A stretch of DNA of 64,000 nucleotides from an uncultured Pelagibacteraceae bacterium (lineage in GTDB: Bacteria; Pseudomonadota; Alphaproteobacteria; Pelagibacterales; Pelagibacteraceae): assembly GCA_902524865.1 (NCBI GenBank), contig CABZEV010000001.1, forward strand, positions 6,278 through 70,277. The letters are read 5' to 3'. Below, piece by piece: positions 42,150-51,115 of the stretch. The position numbers were made by a program, and so were the translations under genes. How positions within the stretch are numbered: the stretch's first letter is position 1; each line of letters begins with the position of its first letter. Below the pieces are notes generated by a model that worked only from the letters and a program-made list of their open reading frames with translations, was not told where the DNA came from and did not search any database.

Positions 42150-43065
42150 AATTATTGCTATCCAGGGAAATCATCCCTCAAAACTTAACCCTTTAACCGA
42201 TACCAGTATTTTTTTAGCCCATGAAATACAAAAGAAAAATTATAAAATTTTCTATTATGATCCAAAAGATATATCTATTATAAATTTTAAAGTAATTGCT
42301 GTAGGATTTTTCGTCAAATTTAATTACAGAAAAAAAAGATTTTTTAAAATTTTTAAAAAACAAAAACTAGAGCTAATTAAGTGTAAATATTTACTTATTC
42401 GCCAAGATCCACCATTTAATTTAGAATATATTTGTTCTACTCTTATTTTAGATAAAATAAAAAAAAGAGTTAAAGTTATTAATGATCCAACAGCAATAAG
42501 AAATGTATCTGAAAAACTTTTTTCGACAAAATATCAAAAATTTATGCCAGATACTATTTTTTCACAAAACATTGAAGAAATTAGAAAGTTTTTTAAAAAA
42601 CATAAAAAAGTGATTGTTAAACCTATCAACAGCTATAGTGGAAACAATATACATTTATTTACTAAGTTTAATCTAAAATTTTTTCAAAAATTTATTAAAA
42701 AACACGATCATATTATGTGTCAAAAATATTTACCTAAGATCAAAGAAGGAGATAAGAGAGTTTTTTTAATAAATGGTAAAGTATGTGGCGCAATATCAAG
42801 AATTCCAAAAAAAGGCTCATTTTTAAGCAATTTAAGTAAAGGTGCAAAACCAATTAATATAAAATTAACTAATAAAGAAATGAAAATATCAAAATTGATA
42901 GGCAAAGATTTAAAAAAAGATAAAATTTTCTTTGCTGGAATTGATTTTATAGATGGACAACTAAATGGTGATATAAATGTTACATCACCTACTGGATTAA
43001 AAACTTTCTATGACCTCTCAAAAATAAATTTAGCCTCAGCTTTCTGGAAAGAATTAAAAGCGTGA
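42139..43065 (+). CDS. gshB: Glutathione synthetase
   Basis: DTS, RQDPPF, EK, GDKRV, SNL..G, INVTSPTG; follows gshA. Confidence 0.93.
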   Translation: MTNKIIAIQGNHPSKLNPLTDTSIFLAHEIQKKNYKIFYYDPKDISIINFKVIAVGFFVKFNYRKKRFFKIFKKQKLELIKCKYLLIRQDPPFNLEYICSTLILDKIKKRVKVINDPTAIRNVSEKLFSTKYQKFMPDTIFSQNIEEIRKFFKKHKKVIVKPINSYSGNNIHLFTKFNLKFFQKFIKKHDHIMCQKYLPKIKEGDKRVFLINGKVCGAISRIPKKGSFLSNLSKGAKPINIKLTNKEMKISKLIGKDLKKDKIFFAGIDFIDGQLNGDINVTSPTGLKTFYDLSKINLASAFWKELKA

Positions 43066-43922
43066 AAAATCTTACAGACCAACAAAAGGGATCGTTATTG
43101 TCCTTTGTTGCGGTAATGTTTATTACACCAGACTCGCTATTCATTAGGCTTTCAAATGTAGATACTTGGGGTTTAGTCTTTTATAGGGGAATTATTCCTT
43201 TTATGACAGTTTTGTTAAGCATGTTAATTATTTATAAGTTAAATTTCTTTAAGATTCTTTTCACTAGCGGTTATCATGGAATATTTTATGTAATTACGTT
43301 TAGTGTAACCAATATAACTTTTGTTGTCTCTATTCAAAATACTAACGTTGCCAATACCTTGGTTATGATAGCGACTGCTCCAATGTTATCAGCTATTCTT
43401 GGAGCTATATTTTTAAAGGAACCACCCGATAAAAAAACTTGGACTTCTATAATAATTACTTTTTTAGCAATAATATATATTTTTCATGACTCTTTGAAGT
43501 TAGGTAATTTCTATGGAGATGTTTTAGGGTTTGTTACTGCGATAGGTTTATCGGTTGGAGCAGTTATTATTAGATCTGCTAAAAATAAGAATTTAGTACC
43601 TGCAGCGGTAGTTGGTAAATTATTTGTAGCAATTTTTGCATTACTTTTCATAGAAAGTTTTGCGTTAGTTGATAAAGATCTTTTTATTGTTCCATTGATG
43701 TGTATTTTATGTGTAGCGATACCCTTTGTCTTGGTTACCATTGCGCCAAGGTTTATACCTGCTGAAGAAGTTAATCTTTTTTTTCTGCTAGAGACTATAA
43801 TTGGTCCAATTTGGGTTTGGTTAATCATAGAAGAACAGCCTAGTTTAGAAACACTTCAGGGTGGTCTAATTATAATCACCACCATCGCAATTCACTCATA
43901 CTTAAAACTCAAAAATTCTTAA
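43062..43922 (+). CDS. EamA/DMT-family transporter
   Basis: About 10 TM helices in two EamA repeats; FLKE, LLETIIGPIWVW. Confidence 0.88.
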   Translation: MKNLTDQQKGSLLSFVAVMFITPDSLFIRLSNVDTWGLVFYRGIIPFMTVLLSMLIIYKLNFFKILFTSGYHGIFYVITFSVTNITFVVSIQNTNVANTLVMIATAPMLSAILGAIFLKEPPDKKTWTSIIITFLAIIYIFHDSLKLGNFYGDVLGFVTAIGLSVGAVIIRSAKNKNLVPAAVVGKLFVAIFALLFIESFALVDKDLFIVPLMCILCVAIPFVLVTIAPRFIPAEEVNLFFLLETIIGPIWVWLIIEEQPSLETLQGGLIIITTIAIHSYLKLKNS

Positions 43923-43980
43923 GCTTGTCACAATTAAGACTTGATTTAATAATACATCGCGAATAACTACCACAATTTTT

Positions 43981-45336
43981 ATGAATAAAGTTTTAAAAAA
44001 CTCCTGGGCATTATTTTTAGGAATGGGCTTCATCATGATGGCTTATGGATTCCAAGGTTCTCTCCTAGGTGTAAGGGCTGTTCAGGAAGAATTTAGCCTT
44101 ACTTCAACTGGATTTATGATGTCAGGTTATTTTGTAGGATATTTTATTGGTGCCGCAACTATTCCAAATATAATTTCGAGAGTTGGTCATATAAGAGTTT
44201 TTGCAGCTTTTGCATCTTTAGCTTCATTAGTTGTTTTAATTCACTCAGTCATAATTCATCCATTCATATGGTTTTTATTAAGAATACTTACGGGTGTTAG
44301 CATGGTCTGCATTTATACAGTTGCAGAAAGTTGGTTAAATGACAGATCAAGTAATAAAAATCGAGGCAGCGTGCTTTCTATCTATATGGTCATACTTTAT
44401 GGGACTATGGGAATTGGTATGTTTTTACTTAATTTTAGTAGTCCTAAAAACTTTCAACCCTTTATATTAGTTTCAGTAATTACTTCTGCAGCTTTAATAC
44501 CAATTTTATTAACTAAAAAGAAACCACCTAACTTTAAAAAAATACAAGCAATGAATATGAGAGAATTATATGAAGCTTCACCTTTTGGTATGGTGAGCTC
44601 TCTTTTTTATGGAACAATACAATCTGCTTTATTCACATTACTAGCAGTTTATGCTACATCAATGAACTTCACTATTTTAGAAATATCAATTGTAACTTTC
44701 TTATTAGCGATATCAGGCGCAGTAGCCCAATTCCCAGTTGGTAAAATTTCTGATATTTACGATAGAAGAAAAGTAATTGTTTTTTCAACATTTGGGGCAG
44801 CAATATTTGCAATTATTGCAATATTTGTTTCAAAACAAATGTATTTACCTGGCGGCCTTGCAACTAGTAAAACATGGTTTTATTTTTTCTTTATTCTTTT
44901 TTCATTTTGCAGTTTACCAATGTTCTCTTTAATCCTAGCACACACAAATGATTATATTTCAAAAGAAAAGTTTGTTGCAGCTGGAGCGGGACTTCAATTT
45001 GCTTTTGGATTAGGTGCAATGAGCGGGCCATTTCTTTGTTCAATATTTATGGATCTAGTTGGTCCAAATGGTTTCTTTGTGTTTCTATTTATTTTTCATT
45101 CTTTTATCGGATTTTTTGGAATATATAGAATGAAAGTAAGAAAAACTGTCGAAAATCCAGACTCTCAGTTCGTTGCTATGCCACAAACCATTACCCCAGC
45201 AGGTATTGAACTTAATCCTACTACTGAACACATAGAGGAACCATACTCTGAAAAAGTTAAAGAAATTTTAGAAAGAAAAGGTGTAAAATATAAAAAAGAC
45301 GAGAACAAAGATAAAAAAGAGGAAGCGATATACTAA
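43981..45336 (+). CDS. MFS transporter (YcaD-like)
   Basis: 12 TM; RVGHIRVFAAF, AESWLN, GKISD..DRR motif. Confidence 0.88.
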   Translation: MNKVLKNSWALFLGMGFIMMAYGFQGSLLGVRAVQEEFSLTSTGFMMSGYFVGYFIGAATIPNIISRVGHIRVFAAFASLASLVVLIHSVIIHPFIWFLLRILTGVSMVCIYTVAESWLNDRSSNKNRGSVLSIYMVILYGTMGIGMFLLNFSSPKNFQPFILVSVITSAALIPILLTKKKPPNFKKIQAMNMRELYEASPFGMVSSLFYGTIQSALFTLLAVYATSMNFTILEISIVTFLLAISGAVAQFPVGKISDIYDRRKVIVFSTFGAAIFAIIAIFVSKQMYLPGGLATSKTWFYFFFILFSFCSLPMFSLILAHTNDYISKEKFVAAGAGLQFAFGLGAMSGPFLCSIFMDLVGPNGFFVFLFIFHSFIGFFGIYRMKVRKTVENPDSQFVAMPQTITPAGIELNPTTEHIEEPYSEKVKEILERKGVKYKKDENKDKKEEAIY

Positions 45337-45443
45337 ATAAATCCCTTTCAGGTTGTAACTTATTTTAGTCAGACTACATAGATTTTTTTCAAAATCTTAT
45401 TGAATAATTTTCATTTATCTAGTGAAATAAATAAAATTAAAAA

Positions 45444-46175
45444 ATGCCATTAAAAAAAAAGAAGACAAAAATAAACAAAAAAACTATAGGACTTGCTAAG
45501 ATAGCAGCGTTTACAACAAGTTCGTTAAGTAATGCATTATCTAATTATAAGAAAAAAAAAGAACAAGAAAAATTCAAAGCTATTAAATTGCAAAAACTTG
45601 AGGAAAGAAATTCTTATCAAAAGGAAAAAAAAGAATTGAAACTTTGGGAGGATAGGCTCAATAAAGAGAGTAGCAAAATCCGCTTAAATGAAGAAGAGCT
45701 CAGAATGAGAGAAAAAGAAATTAAATCTAAAGAAGATAAACAAAAAATTGAGGGTGAGAGACTGACAAAAAAAGATGAGGAGTTAGTGCTTGTTGCAAAA
45801 GAATTAAGAGAAAAAGAAAAACAATTAAAAAGTAGAGAAGAAGAGCAAAATAGAAAAGATATAGATTTAAAAGTCAGAGAAGATGAACAAAAAAATAAAG
45901 AATTAAAAGAACAAAGACGTAAAAATAGAGAATTAAAGATATTAAAAGAAGAAGAGGATAGGCAAAAAGAGGCTGAGTTTATCAAAATAAGAGAGTGGGA
46001 GGAAAAATTTGATAGAGAGCGAAAGCAAAAAGAACAAGAAGAAATTAGACGTGAACAAAGACTTATCCAAAAAGAAATAGAAAAAAGAGCAAGATTTGAG
46101 GAAATTGATAAAAAACTCAAAAGTTCATCAAGTGGATTAGAGAATTTTAATATAGATAAATCTAAAGAAAATTAA
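45444..46175 (+). CDS. Highly charged coiled-coil / alpha-helical protein of unknown function
   Basis: K/E/R/Q-dominated, with heptads Lxx(R/K)Exx (LKLWEDR LNKESSK IRLNEEE LRMREKE IKSKEDK...); basic N-terminus. Confidence 0.7.
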   Translation: MPLKKKKTKINKKTIGLAKIAAFTTSSLSNALSNYKKKKEQEKFKAIKLQKLEERNSYQKEKKELKLWEDRLNKESSKIRLNEEELRMREKEIKSKEDKQKIEGERLTKKDEELVLVAKELREKEKQLKSREEEQNRKDIDLKVREDEQKNKELKEQRRKNRELKILKEEEDRQKEAEFIKIREWEEKFDRERKQKEQEEIRREQRLIQKEIEKRARFEEIDKKLKSSSSGLENFNIDKSKEN

Positions 46176-46183
46176 TCTTGTTA

Positions 46184-47299
46184 TTATTGTTTTGGAAAAT
46201 AATCTTTAATTTCCCCATCTCTATAAACATCAGCAGTACAACAATGAAGACCACCACCAAAAGCATAGGCATCTCTTAAATCTACAGGAATTACTTCCAT
46301 ACCTAATTTATCTAATTGTTCTGCTTGATATTTTTCACTTTTTTCAACACAAACTGTTTTAGGGTCTAGTACCAAAACATTCATTGAAAGCCAAACAGAT
46401 GAATAGCAAAGTGGTGGAGGTTCGTTGTGAGCAGGTTGTGCAGCATCTATAATTTCCCACCCATTATTTTCAAATAACTTTCTTTGTTCTTTAGGTAATC
46501 GTCTTTGAGGATTATTTAAAATCAAACCTTCTTTTATAGGAGTAAAGGTTGCATCAATATGAATTGGGTATGGATCTCCTGGAAAATTTACAGCATGAAC
46601 TCGATGATCTTTATAATGTCTTTTTAACCAATCAATACCTTTCAAATTTGTAGTGAAACCGTGTTGTACAATTAAATCTTTTCCAAATCGGAGTATATCT
46701 GCTGCATCAAATAGGGGTTCTTCCTCTGTTGTTACGAAAAATTTATCTTCAGTCCATTTTAATCTTTTTTGAATTCCGATTTTATCAGATAAATAATCTT
46801 TTCTGTAATCTGCATCTGTTAATCTTGGTTTAGGAGCCGACTCATGTCTCATGTTTGGATCTAAATTATAATATTCTTTTAAAAGAGGTCGATAACAAAG
46901 ATATTCAAACCATCTGCATCTATAACTCATAGTAGCTTCTAAAATTTCATTACCCACAGTCAGCAAAACATCTCTTGGAGGCATACAACCAAACATAGTT
47001 TCAACTTTCCAGTCAGGAGTTGAAATATTTTGATTAAAATTAATTGGTGTTGGTCTATCTACTTTTATACCACGCTTAGATAACATTTCTGAAAAATCAT
47101 TTAACAATTGATTAGCTTTATCTATTGTATCTTTTGTTCTTGGACCAAATTTACCTTTCATATCAGAGTCTTCAGGAACTTTAGCATCAAGCGCTGGTTC
47201 AGGAGCAGGAACACATACACCATCTGCCTTTCCAACAATTACATGTTTTAATGGATCCCATTCATTCCAACTATTTACAATGACTTTATTTCTATCCAT
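46184..47299 (-). CDS. Amidinotransferase, AGAT (glycine amidinotransferase)-like
   Basis: SWNEWDPLKHVIVG, PRD, FDAAD (catalytic Asp), HIDAT (His), SMNVL, GGGLHCCT (nucleophile Cys). Confidence 0.9.
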   Translation of the reverse strand: MDRNKVIVNSWNEWDPLKHVIVGKADGVCVPAPEPALDAKVPEDSDMKGKFGPRTKDTIDKANQLLNDFSEMLSKRGIKVDRPTPINFNQNISTPDWKVETMFGCMPPRDVLLTVGNEILEATMSYRCRWFEYLCYRPLLKEYYNLDPNMRHESAPKPRLTDADYRKDYLSDKIGIQKRLKWTEDKFFVTTEEEPLFDAADILRFGKDLIVQHGFTTNLKGIDWLKRHYKDHRVHAVNFPGDPYPIHIDATFTPIKEGLILNNPQRRLPKEQRKLFENNGWEIIDAAQPAHNEPPPLCYSSVWLSMNVLVLDPKTVCVEKSEKYQAEQLDKLGMEVIPVDLRDAYAFGGGLHCCTADVYRDGEIKDYFPKQ

Positions 47300-47304
47300 T
47301 AAAT

Positions 47305-48210
47305 TTAATTTAGTGCGATGTATCTCTTATTCCACCTCATGATAAGACTATAATAAATAAGTGAAACAAACAGAAAGAAGCCACCCACTATTGTGTTAGT
47401 AGATGGAATTTCATTAATCCCAAACAATGGTAACCATACCCAAAAAATTCCTCCAATAACTTCCGTCAGAGATAATAATGTTAACTCTGCTGCTTGGATT
47501 GCTTTGGATCCTATAGAATATAAAATAAGACCTAAACACACTAATACCCCATGTAAAGAAAACATTGCACTATTATAACTAGTTGCAAAAAAAGTTTGTT
47601 TATTTATCAAAATCATGATTGTAGCTATTATAAAACAAAATAAACCTGCTACAGCGACTGTTGTAAATTTTGGAGTTTCTTTCCTCCATCTTAAAGTAAC
47701 AGAAAATATTGAAAATCCTATAGATGATGTAAGTCCAAAAACAAAACCTATTAAAGAATTTTTTTCAGTATTACCAACAGCCATAATTATAATACCCACA
47801 GTTGCAATAAGCATTGATATCCAGACATTAAGAGAAATTTTCTCTTTTAAAAATAAAAAAGCTAATAAAGCAGTGAAAAAAGGCATTGCAGCTAAACATA
47901 ATAAAGTAATTGCTGCAGTAGTGTTTGTAATTGAATAAATAAATGAAATCATTGCGATACCAAGCCCAATTCCACCAACGAGTCCTGATTTACCTACTTT
48001 TTTGTAATTTTTATAAAAATTTATTCCCTCTTCAAAATATAAATATAAATTTAAAATAATAAAAATAGTTAAACCTCTACCAAAAATATATTGCCAAGGA
48101 ACCATATGAGGATCATTCATATATCTCACCACCAAGGGACCAAAAGACCAAAGTATCCCTGCAAATAAAACGACCGGTACGGCTATTTTTTCATTTCTAA
48201 GTTCAACCAT
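47305..48210 (-). CDS. EamA/DMT-family transporter
   Basis: About 10 TM; LWSFGPLVVR, FLKEK, AELTLLSLTE; 5 nt upstream of the amidinotransferase. Confidence 0.88.
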   Translation of the reverse strand: MVELRNEKIAVPVVLFAGILWSFGPLVVRYMNDPHMVPWQYIFGRGLTIFIILNLYLYFEEGINFYKNYKKVGKSGLVGGIGLGIAMISFIYSITNTTAAITLLCLAAMPFFTALLAFLFLKEKISLNVWISMLIATVGIIIMAVGNTEKNSLIGFVFGLTSSIGFSIFSVTLRWRKETPKFTTVAVAGLFCFIIATIMILINKQTFFATSYNSAMFSLHGVLVCLGLILYSIGSKAIQAAELTLLSLTEVIGGIFWVWLPLFGINEIPSTNTIVGGFFLFVSLIYYSLIMRWNKRYIALN

Positions 48211-48296
48211 AATCGAATATTTAGATCTAATTGATTAGCACTACAACATAAATTAAATTGTTATACAAAGTATAAGGACTAATATAATAAATTAAT

Positions 48297-48695
48297 ATGA
48301 ATTTGGATATTCTTAAAATAGCCTCTGATACCAACAATAACAAAAGTATCAAAAACTATACACACCACTCAAAATTGAAAAACTCAAAGTGCGGTGATGA
48401 GATGCAAATTGATTTGGTTATCAAAAAAAATAAAATTGTTGATTTTGGTTATCAAGGTAAGTCCTGCGTTTATTGTCAAGCCTCTGCAAGCTTACTTTCA
48501 AAAATTTCAATTAACGAAAATAAATCTAAAATTAATGAATTGTGCGACGATGCAAAACATTATTTTGAGGGAGACGTTGAAAATATTGAAAAAAAATGGA
48601 AATCACTTAATAAAATATTTAATAATAAAAATTTATCTCGTAAAGAATGTATTTTATTACCTTTTAAAACAATAAAAAAAATAGTATCAAAATAA
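48297..48695 (+). CDS. NifU-N/IscU/SufU-like Fe-S scaffold-family protein
   Basis: CGDE, SCVYCQASAS, RKECILLP cysteine pattern. Confidence 0.8.
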   Translation: MNLDILKIASDTNNNKSIKNYTHHSKLKNSKCGDEMQIDLVIKKNKIVDFGYQGKSCVYCQASASLLSKISINENKSKINELCDDAKHYFEGDVENIEKKWKSLNKIFNNKNLSRKECILLPFKTIKKIVSK

Positions 48696-48699
48696 TTTC

Positions 48700-49164
48700 A
48701 TGGGTAATTTAAAACAATCTTTTATCGCAGGATTATTTTCAATCATAACTATAGGTATTTTAACTTTATTAACTTACAAAACTGAATTTGGAATTTTTCT
48801 TATTGCATCTTTTGGATCATCAATGGTTCTGTTATATGGATATCCAGAAAGCCCCTTTGCCCAACCCAAAAATGTTTTTTTTGGGCATCTGGTAACTGCA
48901 ATTGTAGGAATGTTTTTTTTACATTTAATTCCTTTACCTTTATTTATAATTATACCATTAGCAGTTGGTTTTGGAGTGGGTCTGATGATATTGTTAAATG
49001 TAACCCATCCACCCGCAGGTGGAAATCCAATTATAGTTATCATGGGTAGTGTCTCACTAGACTATTTGTTAAGCCCAATAATTTCAGGATCAATAATTAT
49101 TCTGATTTTTGCTATTATAATTAATAGATTTTTACTCAAAAAGAGTTATCCAAAATCAAAATAA
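48700..49164 (+). CDS. HPP-family integral membrane protein
   Basis: ASFGSS.VL.YG.PESPFAQPKNVFFGH, THPPAGG. Confidence 0.92.
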   Translation: MGNLKQSFIAGLFSIITIGILTLLTYKTEFGIFLIASFGSSMVLLYGYPESPFAQPKNVFFGHLVTAIVGMFFLHLIPLPLFIIIPLAVGFGVGLMILLNVTHPPAGGNPIIVIMGSVSLDYLLSPIISGSIIILIFAIIINRFLLKKSYPKSK

Positions 49165-49241
49165 TTTGTTTGCTAGCGACATTAAAATAATGTTAGATGT
49201 CTTAAAATAAATTAATGATCGAAAGTAACGCAGGAGAATAA

Positions 49242-50441
49242 ATGAAAATATTATGTGTATTATATGATGACCCAAAAAGAGGAATGCCTGAGTCATATCC
49301 ACTTAAAGATCTTCCTAAACTAGAAAAATATCCAGATGGGATGACCTTACCTTCACCAAAAGGAAGAGATTTTAATCCAGGAGAATTGTTAGGATGTGTT
49401 TCAGGAGAATTAGGATTAAGAAAATTTTTAGAAAGTAATGGACACGAATTAATAGTTACAAATAGTAAAGACGGAGATGGATGTGAGGCTGATAAGCATA
49501 TCGTTGATGCTGATATAGTTATTTCTCAACCTTTTTTTCCGTATTACCTTACTAAAGAAAGAATTGCTAAAGCAAAAAACTTAAAAATGGCTATTACAGC
49601 CGGAATTGGCTCTGATCATGTCGATTTACAAGCAGCTATGGATAACAAAATTGATGTAGTAGAGGTAACTTTTTGTAATTCAAGATCTGTTGCTGAACAC
49701 ATCGTAATGATGATTGTATCAATGGTAAGAGACTATCACAACCAACATAGAATTGTTAATGAAGGTGGATGGAACATAGCAGATGCAGTGCAAAGATCTT
49801 ATGATGTTGAGGGTATGCACATTGGAACTGTTGCTGCTGGCCGTATCGGTTTAGATGCATTAAGAAAAATGAAACCATTTGATGTACACTTACATTATTT
49901 TGATAGACATAAATTACCAGATAGTGTTGAAAAAGAATTAAACTTAACATTTCATGAGTCAGTAGAGTCAATGGTTAAGGTTTGTGATGTCGTGACTATA
50001 AATTGTCCTCTCCATCCTGAGACTGAGAACTTATTTGACGATGCAATGATAAGCAAAATGAAAAAAGGCGCTTATATTGTAAACACTGCAAGGGGTAAAA
50101 TTTGTAATCGTGATGCAATTGCAAAAGCATTGAAGAGTGGTCAACTAAGTGGTTACGCTGGAGACGTTTGGTTTCCACAGCCAGCTCCAAATGATCATGT
50201 ATGGAGAACAATGCCTAACCATGGAATGACACCTCACACTTCTGGAACGTCTTTGTCAGCTCAAACAAGATATGCTGATGGTGTAAGAGAAATCTTAGAA
50301 TGTTTCTTTGAAGGAAAAGAAATTAGAGATCAATATCTCATTGTCAAAGACGGACAATTAGCTGGAATGGGTGCTCACTCATATAGTAAAGGATCTGCTA
50401 CAGGTGGTTCTGAAGAGGCAGCTAAATATAAGAAAAAATAA
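49242..50441 (+). CDS. fdh: NAD-dependent (metal-independent) formate dehydrogenase
   Basis: End-to-end resemblance to Pseudomonas sp. 101 FDH as I recall it: CVLYDDP, GELGLRK, AGIGSDHVDL, AAGRIG, DRH (NAD-specific Asp), NTARG, PQP, TPH; SD AGGAG. Confidence 0.96.
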   Translation: MKILCVLYDDPKRGMPESYPLKDLPKLEKYPDGMTLPSPKGRDFNPGELLGCVSGELGLRKFLESNGHELIVTNSKDGDGCEADKHIVDADIVISQPFFPYYLTKERIAKAKNLKMAITAGIGSDHVDLQAAMDNKIDVVEVTFCNSRSVAEHIVMMIVSMVRDYHNQHRIVNEGGWNIADAVQRSYDVEGMHIGTVAAGRIGLDALRKMKPFDVHLHYFDRHKLPDSVEKELNLTFHESVESMVKVCDVVTINCPLHPETENLFDDAMISKMKKGAYIVNTARGKICNRDAIAKALKSGQLSGYAGDVWFPQPAPNDHVWRTMPNHGMTPHTSGTSLSAQTRYADGVREILECFFEGKEIRDQYLIVKDGQLAGMGAHSYSKGSATGGSEEAAKYKKK

Positions 50442-50453
50442 ATCATTCTTTTA

Positions 50454-50495
50454 ATTATTAAAGGTAAGCTACTTAAGGTAGCTACCTTTAATAAT
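50454..50495 (+). terminator. Stem-loop downstream of fdh (probable terminator or 3' stabiliser)
   Basis: ATTATTAAAGGT-A-AGCTAC [TTAAG] GTAGCT-ACCTTTAATAAT: 18-bp stem with one bulged A; no strong U-tract. Confidence 0.65.
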
Positions 50496-50533
50496 CTAGA
50501 CTCAATTCCTAATTTTTGTATAAATTTTCACTT

Positions 50534-51109
50534 ATGAGATTTTTATTATTTATATTTTTCAACCTAATAACAACAAATCCAGTATTGGCAACTGAGAAAA
50601 GTAAAGCATATTTTGCTGGTGGTTGTTTCTGGTGTATGGAAGAATCTTTTGAAAAATTAACAGGTGTTGAGAAAGTAATTTCAGGATACTCTGGAGGAAA
50701 AACTGAAAATCCAACCTATGAGGAAGTTACTTATGGAAATACAGGTCACCTTGAAGTTGTAGAAATAATTTATGATGCAAGTTTAATATCTTTCGAGGAA
50801 TTACTTAAAAGTTTTTGGCTCAATATAGATCCATTTGACCCTTATGGTCAGTTTTGTGACAAAGGTTATAGCTACAGATCTGCAGCGTTTTATACAAATA
50901 AAAAGGAAAAAGAATTAATTGAAAAAGATTTTAAAAGACTAGAAAAAAAATTTAATAAAAAAGTTGTTACTTATATTAAAGAATTTGAAAAGTTTTATAT
51001 AGCTGAAGATCGTCATCAAGATTATTATCAAGTATATTTTTTGAATTATTTAAAATATAAAAAAGCTTGTAGAAGAGAAGAAATTTTAAATAGAATTTGG
51101 AAAATGTAA
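50534..51109 (+). CDS. msrA: Peptide-methionine (S)-S-oxide reductase with signal peptide
   Basis: GGCFWC, GYSGG, PTYEEV, GHLEVV, QFCD.G, AEDRHQDYY; N-terminal MRFLLFIFFNLITTNPVLA. Confidence 0.93.
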   Translation: MRFLLFIFFNLITTNPVLATEKSKAYFAGGCFWCMEESFEKLTGVEKVISGYSGGKTENPTYEEVTYGNTGHLEVVEIIYDASLISFEELLKSFWLNIDPFDPYGQFCDKGYSYRSAAFYTNKKEKELIEKDFKRLEKKFNKKVVTYIKEFEKFYIAEDRHQDYYQVYFLNYLKYKKACRREEILNRIWKM

Positions 51110-51115
51110 CAATCT

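Noticed and set aside
45617-46120. 167-aa S/F/L-rich antisense ORF
   Set aside because: Mirror of the GAA/AAA-rich coiled-coil gene; the same artefact explains the many 60-110 aa antisense ORFs in the track.
48394-48675. 93-aa alternative-frame ORF inside the SufU-like gene
   Set aside because: No motifs; the overlapping frame carries the conserved Cys pattern.
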